Shown one piece after another: positions 37,525 to 47,010 of a stretch of DNA of 64,000 nucleotides. Under the pieces are notes generated by a model. That model made no database searches, was not told the DNA's origin, and saw only the letters and a list, made by a program, of their open reading frames with translations. Origin of the DNA: an uncultured delta proteobacterium (GTDB taxonomy: Bacteria > Myxococcota > Myxococcia > Myxococcales > Myxococcaceae); the NCBI GenBank assembly GCA_963776345.1, contig CAVZMH010000016.1:837093-901092 (forward strand), in the 5' to 3' direction. Numbering within the stretch: the first letter of the stretch is position 1; every line of letters begins with the position of its first letter. The position numbers were made by a program, and so were the translations under genes.

Positions 37525-37786
37525 GGGGCGCTCCCAACTCTCGAAATGGCCCGCGCAGGGCCGGCGCAATACCAGGCGACGGTAGGGTCCTTATCTCACG
37601 AGGGTCAATCGGCGGTGTGGAGCGAGCTCCGCACAGCGGCCAAGTTCTCGGGTTGCCAGGCCAAACCCATCTCGTGACGCCCGCTTCATCGTCCCGGAAC
37701 ACGGGCGATGGAGAGCGCGCGCTTGGGCAAGCGTCCGGCGCGCCCCGGCCGCAAGATGCCGTCCCCGCCCGGAGGAGTGCTCGCTC

Positions 37787-38067
37787 ATGACGCGCGCCCT
37801 GCTGCTGTTCCTCTTGGACCGCTGGTCTGCTGACCCTGGGCTTCGAGGGGGTCATCGACACCAAGCTGACGATGACCGGGAAGGATGTGGCAAGGACGGG
37901 AGGAACCGGGCGACGTGGGAGGCGGTCAGGGTGAGACGAAGTCGGTGCCGGCCTCCGCCTTCCAGATCCCTTCGGGGTACCGCACCCGGCCAGCGCAAGC
38001 CGACCACAACCAGCGGCTCATCGAGTCGGTCTTTGCCAAGCTGCACACCCGGCGCCCACCCGCGTAG
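37787..38067 (+). pseudogene. Collapsed gene remnants (DUF4412-like N- and C-termini fused to a fragment of a second small gene)
   Basis: GGAG RBS + MTRALLLFLL; FEGVIDTKLTMTGKD from 37842; KSVPASAFQIPSGY ending 37980; then RTRPAQADHNQRLIESVFAKLH. Confidence 0.45.
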
Positions 38068-38274
38068 ATCAGAACGTCAGAACGCCGCGAGAGGGCGTCG
38101 TGCGCCATCAGCGCCCCGCTCTCATGTTGCGCCAGTGTCGCGCTCCGGCGTTCAACGGGGCGAAGCCCAACTCAAGCAGCCGCAACGACATTCAACTCGA
38201 CTCCAAGCTTTCCGCGGGCTTGACCCGCAACCACTTGGACTCACTTGGGCTTCTTGGGCTTGTTTCTATTTTCT

Positions 38275-38292
38275 AATCCTAGTTCCCCAGCT
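38275..38292 (+). repeat. att-like duplicate of the tRNA-Gln 3' end
   Basis: 18-bp identity to 31081-31098. Confidence 0.88.
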
Positions 38293-38529
38293 CTCGAATC
38301 CCGTGAATCCGGACGGTTGCACCGTGGATTCCGCTGAGTAGTCGGGGGTTTCGCTCCGTTGTGCCGAATTTGTGCCGTTGAGACTCGACGACAAGCGTAG
38401 TCGCACGGCGCGAATTCCCGGTCTCCGCCCTGCGCCACCGCCTTCGTCTACTTCGCGCAAGGGTCCGGAACAGCGGCTCGGATTGCGTCGGCCATCCGGT
38501 TGACCTGCCCGGATTCATCGGACCACTGT

Positions 38530-39381
38530 CTACGTGATCGCTGCCCCTCCGAGGGTTGATGTTCGCTCCTGCTCTCGACTGAACTCGATCGGCGTCCTGT
38601 ATCCGAGACTCGAATGGGGCCGGACGAGGTTGTAGTGGCCCCGCCAGGTCTCAATGACGGCGACTGCCTCGGCTCGACTCCGAAACCACTCGAGGGTGAG
38701 GCACTCGTCGCGGAACTTCCCGTTGAAGCTCTCGTCCGCGCCGTTCTGCCAGGGCTTCCCTGGGTCGATGTGGGCCGTCTCGATGTTCGCCTGGGCGAGC
38801 CACTTCAGCACCGCGCGGCAAACGAACTCGGGCCCGTTGTCGCTTCGGAGGTACCTCGGCGCGCCACGCTCGCTGACGAGCCGGCTGAGCACCTCCAGGA
38901 CACGGCCGGAACGGATGCTGCCCGCCACGTCGATGGCCAGGCACTCCCGACTCCACTCGTCGATGATGGTCAGGCACTTGAGCTGCTGGCCGTTGGCGCA
39001 AGCGTCGAAGACGAAGTCGTATGCCCAGACCTGATTCAGCCCGGTGGCGGGCAAGGGGCGCGGCCGGCTGGCAGCCACGCGCCGCCGAGGCCGTCTCCGG
39101 GGCACCTGCAGCCCAGCGTGGCGCCAGAGCCGGTACGCTCGCTCCGGGCTCATCTTCCAGCCCTGTCGCTCGAGGAAGATCCGCACCCGTCGGTAGCCGT
39201 ACCTCGGGAACTGCGCCGAGAGCTCCCGCATCCGGGCGCGGATGGGCTGGTCCCGGTACTCCTTCCTCGAGATGTAACCCAGGGTCGAGCGCGCCACGCG
39301 CAACAGCTTGCACGACCGCCGACAGGAGAGCCCTCGACCACGGGCGTACTCTACCCATCGGCGTCGCATGGACGCGCTCAC
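38530..39381 (-). CDS. IS3 transposase OrfB (DDE integrase core), expressed via -1 frameshift
   Basis: YGYRRV, WAYDFVFD, SDNGPEF, PGKPWQNG..ESFNGKFRDECL, YN..RPHSSLG. Confidence 0.93.
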   Translation of the reverse strand: MSASMRRRWVEYARGRGLSCRRSCKLLRVARSTLGYISRKEYRDQPIRARMRELSAQFPRYGYRRVRIFLERQGWKMSPERAYRLWRHAGLQVPRRRPRRRVAASRPRPLPATGLNQVWAYDFVFDACANGQQLKCLTIIDEWSRECLAIDVAGSIRSGRVLEVLSRLVSERGAPRYLRSDNGPEFVCRAVLKWLAQANIETAHIDPGKPWQNGADESFNGKFRDECLTLEWFRSRAEAVAVIETWRGHYNLVRPHSSLGYRTPIEFSREQERTSTLGGAAIT

Positions 39382-39641
39382 CATTTTTTTGCGGCGATCT
39401 CCTTGAGCACCTCGACCTCGAGGTCGCGCTCGGCGAGCAGCTTCTTCAGTCGGTTGTTCTCGGTCTCGAGCTGCTTCAGGCGCTTCGAGTCGTCGGCGCC
39501 CATCGTCCCGAACCGCCGCCGCCAGACGTACAGCGTCTGCTCGCTCAAGCCGTGCTTCTTTGCCACCTCGGCCACCGGGGTCTTGTCCGTCTCCCGGAGG
39601 ATTGAAACCATCTGCTCGTCGGTGAACCTGCTCTTGCGCAT
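39378..39641 (-). CDS. IS3 transposase OrfA
   Basis: MRKSRFTDEQ...HGLSEQTLYVWRR...LETENNRLKKL; ends AAAAAAATGG (A7 at 39384-39390). Confidence 0.93.
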   Translation of the reverse strand: MRKSRFTDEQMVSILRETDKTPVAEVAKKHGLSEQTLYVWRRRFGTMGADDSKRLKQLETENNRLKKLLAERDLEVEVLKEIAAKKW

Positions 39642-39799
39642 CGCCTCTCCGTCGGCTGCCGGAGGGGCATGCTCTCACGCCTCAGCTGGTCCGAAATTTC
39701 CCGGGCAGGTCACCCCACCCGGGTACAGCACGCCGAGATCACGCACCGAGATTTTCGCCGTAACTTAACTTAGCCGCCAACTTGGTACTCTTTCCGGCC

Positions 39800-40237
39800 A
39801 TGCGCATACTCTCCGTATTCCTGTTGCTGTGCGCCGCCGCCGCCGCCGCCCAAACCTCCCGCTGGGCATCCGCCGACGACAAAACCGCCGATTGGATGAT
39901 TTCGCAGGAGCGCCGCTGGGCGGAAGGCGCCTGTGACGGCAACGACGTCGTGAACACGCTCCTCGCCGACGACTTCCAGGGCACCAGCCCCTCCGGCAAG
40001 CGCTATTCGAAGCCGACCACCGCGGAGAAGCCCTCCGCGCGCGACTGCAAACTCGGAGAGGTGAAGATCCGCTTCTTCGGGGACAACCTCGCCATCGCCT
40101 ACGGCAGCGAAAGCCGGGTAAAGACCTCCAAGGACGGCAAGGATTACGTCGAGACCCTCATCTGGACCGACACCTGGCTCAAGCGCAACGGACGGTGGCA
40201 GATCATCGCGGCCGAAGATCTCATCCCAGCAAAGTAG
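39800..40237 (+). CDS. Exported NTF2-like (DUF4440) protein
   Basis: Signal peptide; LLADDFQG..PSG, WTDTWLKRNGRWQII. Confidence 0.82.
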   Translation: MRILSVFLLLCAAAAAAQTSRWASADDKTADWMISQERRWAEGACDGNDVVNTLLADDFQGTSPSGKRYSKPTTAEKPSARDCKLGEVKIRFFGDNLAIAYGSESRVKTSKDGKDYVETLIWTDTWLKRNGRWQIIAAEDLIPAK

Positions 40238-40686
40238 CCCGCGCGCCCAACGCCAGGGTGCGGGCTCGCGGTGTGCCTGCGCCTCCTTCTCCTGCGCCCC
40301 CGCTGCGGTGGCACGCGGCGCGTCGTCGCCGTCGTCCTGCTGCAACCTACCCCCCGGGTTCCGGGAGTTCATCGTGCGCCTGCATCGCGGCCCTTCCCCA
40401 GCTCCGCGCCAGAGTCCGGCGCCATGCGCGAAGAGCCGTCACCTGCGGTGACCGCGAAGACGCGCCTCGACGGGTGAGGCGGATCTCGGGCCCCGCTCGC
40501 AGCAGACCGCCGTGAGCACCTCGGGCAGTCGCGGCCCGAGCTCCAACCAACGGCGTCAAAGCGCGATGGCGATGGCGACGGTGACTCGCGGCGGACCGAC
40601 ACGAGTTTTCGCGAGTCGCGAGAAGTCGCGAGGGTGACCTCCACTCCATCCTCTTGAAAGCACTCGACTCGGGCTGCCTCAGCGAT

Positions 40687-40701
40687 TGGCATGTCCGCTG
40701 C
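40687..40701 (+). promoter_or_regulatory. Sigma54 (-24/-12) promoter of the RND operon
   Basis: TGGCATGTCCGCTGC: GG-N10-GC, ~115 bp upstream of the MFP start. Confidence 0.55.
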
Positions 40702-40816
40702 CTTGTGAGCGCTCACCGGCGACCCGCCGCGACGCAGAACGCCCAAGGAGTGACCCGTGCAGACCGCAAGCCGAGCGAGTGTTCCAGCCCCTCGCCCAAT
40801 TCACCGGGGAGCGCTG

Positions 40817-41827
40817 ATGCGCCGTGCTTTCCTCGTGCTGCCGGCCTTGCTCGGCGGCTGTGCGGGGGAACCCACGCCACGGCCAGCGCCCGGCGTGCCC
40901 CCAAGGGCGGTCCAGGTCGTCCAGGCGGACCGCACCAACCGTCCGGTCATGACCGACGTGGTCGGGACCGTCCGCGCCGTTCGCAGCGCCACGATTGCCC
41001 CGCTGATCAGCGGCACCGTCGCCGAGGTCCGCGTCGGACTCGGGAGCTCGGTTCGGGCCGGCGACGTCCTGGTGAGACTCTCGGCCCGTGAGATCGACGC
41101 ACGGCTCGAGCAAACCCGGGCCGTCGCGGTGCTGGCGAAGCGCGAGCGCGATCGGGCCATCCCCCTGAAGAATCTGGGAGCGATCTCCGTCGCGCAGTAC
41201 GACGCGGCCATCTCCCAGTGGGACGTCGCCCAGGCGAGACAGGCCGAGGCGAGCACCCTCGCGGACCGCACCGTCCTGCGGGCGCCCTTCGCCGGGGTGG
41301 TCACCGCCAAGCTCGCCAACGTCGGCGACACCGCCATGCCCGGACAGGCGCTCCTGGTGCTGGAAGCCCCGGGGGCGCTTCGCTTCGAGGCGCGGGTCCC
41401 TGAGACTGCGGTGGACGGCCTGCGAGTCGGCAAGTCCTTGCCGATACGCCTGGACGGCCTCGACCACGACATCGAGGGACGCCTCGCCGAGATCCAGCCA
41501 GCCTCCGATGATGCCACCCGCACCCGGCTCGCGAAGATCGATCTCCCGGAGACACCTGGGGTCCGGTCCGGCCGGTTCGGTCGGGTGCTGCTCGCCACGG
41601 GCGCGTCCCTCACCGTGGCGGTTCCTGCCGAGGCGGTCGTCCGTCACGGCCAGCTCGAGGCCGTCTTCGTGGTGGCTTCCGGCACCGCCCGGCTGCGCCT
41701 GGTCCGGACCGGCCGAGAGCGGGATGGCCGGCTGGAGATCGCCTCGGGTCTCTCCGGGGACGAGAAGGTCGTGGTGGCTGGAGCCGCTGACCTCGTCGAC
41801 GGCCAGCGTGTCGAGGAAGCCCGATGA
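40817..41827 (+). CDS. RND efflux periplasmic adaptor (MFP) lipoprotein
   Basis: Lipobox LGGC; ISGTVAEVRV..G..V..GDVL, LRAPFAGVV, EIASGL..DEKVV. Confidence 0.92.
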   Translation: MRRAFLVLPALLGGCAGEPTPRPAPGVPPRAVQVVQADRTNRPVMTDVVGTVRAVRSATIAPLISGTVAEVRVGLGSSVRAGDVLVRLSAREIDARLEQTRAVAVLAKRERDRAIPLKNLGAISVAQYDAAISQWDVAQARQAEASTLADRTVLRAPFAGVVTAKLANVGDTAMPGQALLVLEAPGALRFEARVPETAVDGLRVGKSLPIRLDGLDHDIEGRLAEIQPASDDATRTRLAKIDLPETPGVRSGRFGRVLLATGASLTVAVPAEAVVRHGQLEAVFVVASGTARLRLVRTGRERDGRLEIASGLSGDEKVVVAGAADLVDGQRVEEAR

Positions 41828-44800
41828 AGCGCTCTCCCCATCTGGGCCTGGCGGGAAGCATCGCCCAGGCCTTCATCGGTTCCAAGCTCACCCCGCTCCT
41901 CATCACCGGCTCGGTCCTGCTCGGTCTTCTGGCCGTGGTCATCCTGCCGCGAGAGGAGGAGCCACAGATCAGAGTCCCGGTGGTCGACATCCTCCTTGCC
42001 ATGCCAGGGGCGAGCGCCGCGGAGGTCGAGAGTCGCGTCTCCGCACCGCTGGAGCGACTGATGTGGGAGATCCCCGGCGTCGAGTACGTCTATTCGACCA
42101 GCGAGCCGGGACGCGCCCTGATCGTCGTTCGCTACCGGGTGGGTCAGAACACCGAGCAGTCGCTGGTCAAGCTCTACCAGAAGCTCCAGGCGAACGCGGA
42201 CCGGATCCCTTCCGGAGCGTCCCCGCCGCTGGTCAAGGCGCGTTCCGTCGACGACGTGCCCATCCTCGCGCTGACCTTCCACTCGAAACGTTACGACCAT
42301 CTGACCTTGCGGCGGGTCGCGGCGCAGGTCGCTGCCGAGATCAAGCACGTGCCCGAGGTCTCGGAGACCACCCTCATCGGCGGCTACCGCCGACAGGTCC
42401 GGCTCCATCTCGACCCGGCCGCTCTCGCCGCGCGCGGGCTTGGAGTTCTCGACCTGCTGCGGGCCCTCGGTCCGGCCAATCGCCAGGAGGTCGCCGGGGC
42501 GCTGACGACCGGCGACCGCGACCTCATCGTCCAGACCGGCGCCTTCTTCACCAGCGCCGAAGACGTGACCTCCGCGGTCGTGGGCGTCCACGCGGGCAAC
42601 CCGGTCTACCTCCGGGATGTGGCAGAGGTGAAGGACGACTCCGAGGAGCCGACGCAGTACGTCCTGTTCGGCACCGGGGCGGCCAGCACCCAGCGCGTCG
42701 ACAGCGAGGAGCCCGCGGTCACGCTCTCCATCGCCAAGCGGCCGGGGAGCAATGCCATCGCCGTGGCCCGGGCGGTGCTGGCACAGACCGAGCGGCTGAA
42801 GGGGACGGCGATTCCCCCCGACGTCTCCATCTCGATCACCCGGCACTACGGGGCGTCGGCGGCGGAGAAGTCGAACGAGCTCCTGCTCCACATGGCCATC
42901 GCGCTGGTGGGAGTCTCCCTGCTCGTCCTCTTCCTGCTCGGCTGGCGCGAGTCGGTGGTGGTCGCGGTCGCGATTCCATCGACCCTGGCGCTGATGCTCC
43001 TGGTCTTCTTCCTGCTCGGCTACACGCTCAACCGGATCACCCTCTTCGCGATGATCTTCTCGATCGGCATCCTCGTCGACGACGCCATCGTCGTGGTCGA
43101 GAACATCGTCCGGCATCGTGATCTCCAGGGGTCGCAGCGCCGCTCGCTCAGGGAGATCGCGGTGGAGGCGGTCGCCGAGGTGGGCAACCCCACCGTGCTC
43201 GCCACGCTGACGGTGATCGCCGCCATCCTGCCGATGGCGTTCGTCGGCGGCCTGAGTGGGCCGTATCTGCGGCCGATTCCGGTCGGCGCCTCGGTGGCGA
43301 TGGTGTTCTCGCTCCTGGTCGCGTTCGTGGTGACGCCCTGGGCCGCCGCGCGACTCCTCCGGTCGCGCGGTGAAGCTCATGCCCCGCGAGAATTTCGAGA
43401 GGACCGTGCGACCCGGGCTTACCGCTGGCTCATGTCCCGGCTCGTCGGCCGATCGGTCTGGCGCTGGTCGTTCCTGGGCGGGATCGGCGTCCTCCTCCTC
43501 GGAGCCATGGCCTTCGTTCCCGCCGGCTGGGTGCGGGTCAAGATGCTGCCCTTCGACAACAAGAGCGAGCTGGAGATCGTCCTCAACATGCCCGAGGACA
43601 GCTCGCTGGAACGCACTGCGCAGGTGGCCCGGGAGATCGCCGCCGCCATCCGCCAGGAGAAGGAGGTCACCGACTATCAGGTCTACGTCGGGACGGCGGC
43701 TCCCTACAGCTTCAACGGGCTGATGCGGCACTACTACCTCCGCCAGGGCTCCAGCGTGGCGGAAGTCCAGGTCAACTTGCTCCCCAAGCACCAGCGTTCG
43801 GTGCAGAGCCACGCCTTCGCTCTCCGCATCCGACCCACCGTCGCCGCCATCGCCGCCCGTCACGGGGCCCGTATTGCAGTGGCCGAGGTACCGCCCGGGC
43901 CGCCCGTGCTTCAAACGCTCGTCGCCGAGGTCTACGGGCCGGACCGCGCGACGCGCCAGCGCCTGGCCGAACGCATGCGAGCCCTCTTCACCAGCACGCC
44001 CGCGGTGGTCGACGTCGACTGGTACGTGGAGTCTCCGCACCCCAAGGAGGTCCTCGTCGTCGACAAGGAGAAGGCCGCCCTGCACGGCATCACCGCCGAC
44101 AGCGTCGCCCGGACACTCCGCGTCGCGGTGAGCGGCGAGTCGGTCGGGCGACTGCACGTGCCGGATGACCAGGAGGACGTCGACATCGTGCTCGACTTGC
44201 CTCGGATGCAGCGTGCGCAGCTGGCCGATCTGCTGGCCATCCAGCTTCCCGACGGACGTGGTCAGTCCATGGTTCCGCTCAGCGAGCTCGTCCGCGTCGC
44301 GAGCACCGAGGAGGACCGGAGCATCCACCACAAGAATCTCTTGCCGGTGGTCTACGTCACCGGTGACGTCGCGGGGAGGGCCGGAAGCCCGGCCTACGCC
44401 ATCTTCCAGATGAACAAGGCCATCGCCGCATTTGCCGAGCCGGTCGCCATCTACAACTCCACCCAGCCGCCCAGCGATGCACGACCGGCCATCAAGTGGG
44501 ACGGGGAGTGGCACATCACGCTCGAGCTGTTCCGCGACCTCGGCGCGGCGCTGGCGATCGTCCTCCTCCTCATCTACGGCCTGCTGGTGGGCTGGTTTCG
44601 TTCCTTCCTGACGCCCCTCATCGTGATGGCGGCCATCCCCTTCTCCCTGGTGGGGATCCTCCCGGCGCATGTGGCCCTGGGAGCGTTCTTCACCGCGCCG
44701 TCGATGATCGGCTTCATGGCCGGGGCGGGGATCGTGGTGCGCAACTCCATCATCCTGGTCGACTTCGCCGAGGTCATGATCCGCCAGGGAGTGCCGGTGG

Positions 44801-45057
44801 AGCAGGCAGTCGTCGACGCCGGGGCGGTCCGCTTCCGGCCGATGCTCCTCACCGCGCTGGCAGTGACCGTGGGCTCGGCGATGATCCTCTTCGACCCCAT
44901 CTTCCAGGGCCTGGCGATCTCACTGGCCGCAGGAGAGCTCGCCTCCCTGTTGATCAGCCGGATGGCGGTGCCGGTTCTCTACGCACTGGCCTGGGGACGG
45001 GGGAAGCAGGAACAGACCGAGCCCGTGCTCCCCGCGGTGCGGCGCATCGCCGGATGA
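41824..45057 (+). CDS. RND efflux permease (AcrB/CusA-like)
   Basis: PREEEPQI, GILVDDAIVVVEN, GIVVRNSIILVDF, RFRPMLLT. Confidence 0.95.
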   Translation: MKRSPHLGLAGSIAQAFIGSKLTPLLITGSVLLGLLAVVILPREEEPQIRVPVVDILLAMPGASAAEVESRVSAPLERLMWEIPGVEYVYSTSEPGRALIVVRYRVGQNTEQSLVKLYQKLQANADRIPSGASPPLVKARSVDDVPILALTFHSKRYDHLTLRRVAAQVAAEIKHVPEVSETTLIGGYRRQVRLHLDPAALAARGLGVLDLLRALGPANRQEVAGALTTGDRDLIVQTGAFFTSAEDVTSAVVGVHAGNPVYLRDVAEVKDDSEEPTQYVLFGTGAASTQRVDSEEPAVTLSIAKRPGSNAIAVARAVLAQTERLKGTAIPPDVSISITRHYGASAAEKSNELLLHMAIALVGVSLLVLFLLGWRESVVVAVAIPSTLALMLLVFFLLGYTLNRITLFAMIFSIGILVDDAIVVVENIVRHRDLQGSQRRSLREIAVEAVAEVGNPTVLATLTVIAAILPMAFVGGLSGPYLRPIPVGASVAMVFSLLVAFVVTPWAAARLLRSRGEAHAPREFREDRATRAYRWLMSRLVGRSVWRWSFLGGIGVLLLGAMAFVPAGWVRVKMLPFDNKSELEIVLNMPEDSSLERTAQVAREIAAAIRQEKEVTDYQVYVGTAAPYSFNGLMRHYYLRQGSSVAEVQVNLLPKHQRSVQSHAFALRIRPTVAAIAARHGARIAVAEVPPGPPVLQTLVAEVYGPDRATRQRLAERMRALFTSTPAVVDVDWYVESPHPKEVLVVDKEKAALHGITADSVARTLRVAVSGESVGRLHVPDDQEDVDIVLDLPRMQRAQLADLLAIQLPDGRGQSMVPLSELVRVASTEEDRSIHHKNLLPVVYVTGDVAGRAGSPAYAIFQMNKAIAAFAEPVAIYNSTQPPSDARPAIKWDGEWHITLELFRDLGAALAIVLLLIYGLLVGWFRSFLTPLIVMAAIPFSLVGILPAHVALGAFFTAPSMIGFMAGAGIVVRNSIILVDFAEVMIRQGVPVEQAVVDAGAVRFRPMLLTALAVTVGSAMILFDPIFQGLAISLAAGELASLLISRMAVPVLYALAWGRGKQEQTEPVLPAVRRIAG

Positions 45058-45060
45058 ACG

Positions 45061-46786
45061 TCAACGGTTTCGCGACGATGCTTCGAGCGCTTCGCGAGCC
45101 GCGACGTAGCCGCGCTCGATCGCGTCGTCGAAGGCGCTCCATTCGAGCAGGTCGATGCCCTGCATCTTCGGAGCGATCACCACGCTCGCTGCCGACCGTG
45201 CCGCCGCGGTCGCCGCCGTCGAGTTCACCATCCCGCTGCCGAGCATCAACCGCAGGAGCGAAGGGCGCCGAAACCCCGAGAACCAGTCGAGCACCACGCG
45301 CCGGAGACCCGGCCACTCGAACTCGGCCTGCGAGCCCGGGGCCACGACGGCGTCATCGCCGCCGATGTCACTGGCGATGATCTCTCCCGCGAAGCCTTCG
45401 CGCATCACGTCGACTGGCAAGTTGTTCATCACCCCTCCGTCGACGAACACCTGACCCTGGTGAAACACCGGGGGCAATACCCCGGGGATGGCGCACGACG
45501 CGCGCAACCATTGCCACAGCGCGCCGCGGCGATGCGCGACGGTCTGACCAGCCGTCAGATTGGTCGCCACGCTGAAGAAGGGCCGCACCAGGTCTTCGAT
45601 GTCGAGCGTGCCGAACACGCGGCGCAACAGCTGCGACACGGTGCGGCCTCCGACGAGTGACACCAAGGGCAAGGTGTAGTCGCCCAGCGGGTTCATCGCG
45701 ACGAACGACGAGCGGTACACCTCGGTCATCTCGGCCAGCGACCGATCGGCCGCGTACCCCGCCCCGATGATGGCCCCGATGCTGCAACCGCCGACCGCGT
45801 CGATCTCGACCTTCGCTTCCTCGAGCGCGCGCAGCACGCCCAGGTGCGCGAACCCCCGCGCCCCGCCGCCCGACAGCACGAGCGCGCGGCCTCGGCCCTG
45901 GATCAACCGCGCGACCCGGGCGACGTCTCGTGGGCGATCCGGGCCGCCTCGCACGTGGTGAACCTGCGCCGACGGCCGCTTCTCTTGCCACGCGCGCGCC
46001 GCCCCGGGCACGACGGCGGCCGAGTGCAGCAGCACCAGGTGCTCCGGTTTGGGCATGGGCGCGGCGGCCTTCAGGGCGACTTCGCTCCACGGCGCCGGAG
46101 TGGCCACGCCGTCTTGAATTGCGTCGGCTCGCGCCACCAGCACCAGGGCATCGGCTTGCCGCACACACAGCCTTCGCCACGCGGCGTCGCCCGTTTCGGC
46201 CACGTACAGCACGAAGGGCCACTCTTCTTCGAGGCGGGCGAGCGCATCGGCCGTCGGGCGTTCGTGGGGTCGAACCAGCGTCGCTCGTCCCCAGGGCGCC
46301 AGCGCGGCCACGAGGTGCTCGACGAATGCGGCGAGGTCGAGCCCGTCGGTCTGGGCCAGCACGGCGAGCGTTCTCGGTCGAGCCGTCAAGCGTTCGTGCA
46401 CGGGCTGCATCGCGCGCTCCAGCACCAACCGGGCGAGCGACATCACCACCGCGGGGTCCGCGCGCGTCAATTCCTGAAACGTCTCGCGCGAGAGCCGCAG
46501 GACCACCGAGTCGCGCAGCGCACGCACCGTCGCATTGCGCGGCTTGCCCGAGATCAACCCCAGCTCGCCCACCGTCTCGCCGGCCACCACCTGGCCGATG
46601 AGCCGCGATGGCTCGTTCGCCGCGAACGCGCCCAGCGTGCCGCTGGTGACGACATACAAGACAGTCAGACGGCGCGCCCGCCTCGATCAACGTCTGGCCT
46701 GCTTCGAGCGTCACCTTCTCCAGGCGCTCGAACAGCCACGCGCGCAATGACGGGTCGAGCCCGTCGAGCCATGCCGTTGCAGACAC
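45061..46786 (-). pseudogene. cNMP-binding-domain patatin-like phospholipase (NTE/RssA-like), +1 frameshift at 46660 (or an assembly error)
   Basis: N-terminal ...LIEAGAPSDC in one frame joins LYVVTSG...GELGLISGKPRNATVRA in another; patatin LSGGGARG, GCSIG, VDGG. Confidence 0.82.
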
Positions 46787-47010
46787 GTTGCGACACCATA
46801 CCAACGCTCCCGAGGCTCGAGTGCCGTCGCGAAGGTCACCGGAGAACGCATTCCATGGACCGGACGCCGAACGTGGTCTATGCGTCCATCGCCCCCGATT
46901 CGGCCCGGAGCTCGCCGGCAACGCGCGGCACGAGGCGATGGTCCGCCGGATGGGGCTCCCCCGAGCTGGGGCGGTGAGATTGGAGGCGTGGTGGTTCTGC
47001 GGAGAGACCC

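Larger units (their letters stand above)
31081..38292. mobile_element. Genomic island integrated at the tRNA-Gln 3' end (no integrase left)
   Basis: AATCCTAGTTCCCCAGCT at both 31081-31098 and 38275-38292; AT-rich flanks; codon style differs from the core genes. Confidence 0.8.
38501..39712 (-). mobile_element. IS3-family insertion sequence (IS407-like group), 1212 bp
   Basis: Terminal IRs starting TGACCTGCCCGG...TCGGACCA at both ends; orfA/orfB with an A7 slippery site; no target duplication visible. Confidence 0.93.

Noticed and set aside
41644..44670. 1008-aa minus-strand ORF
   Set aside because: Antisense shadow of the RND permease
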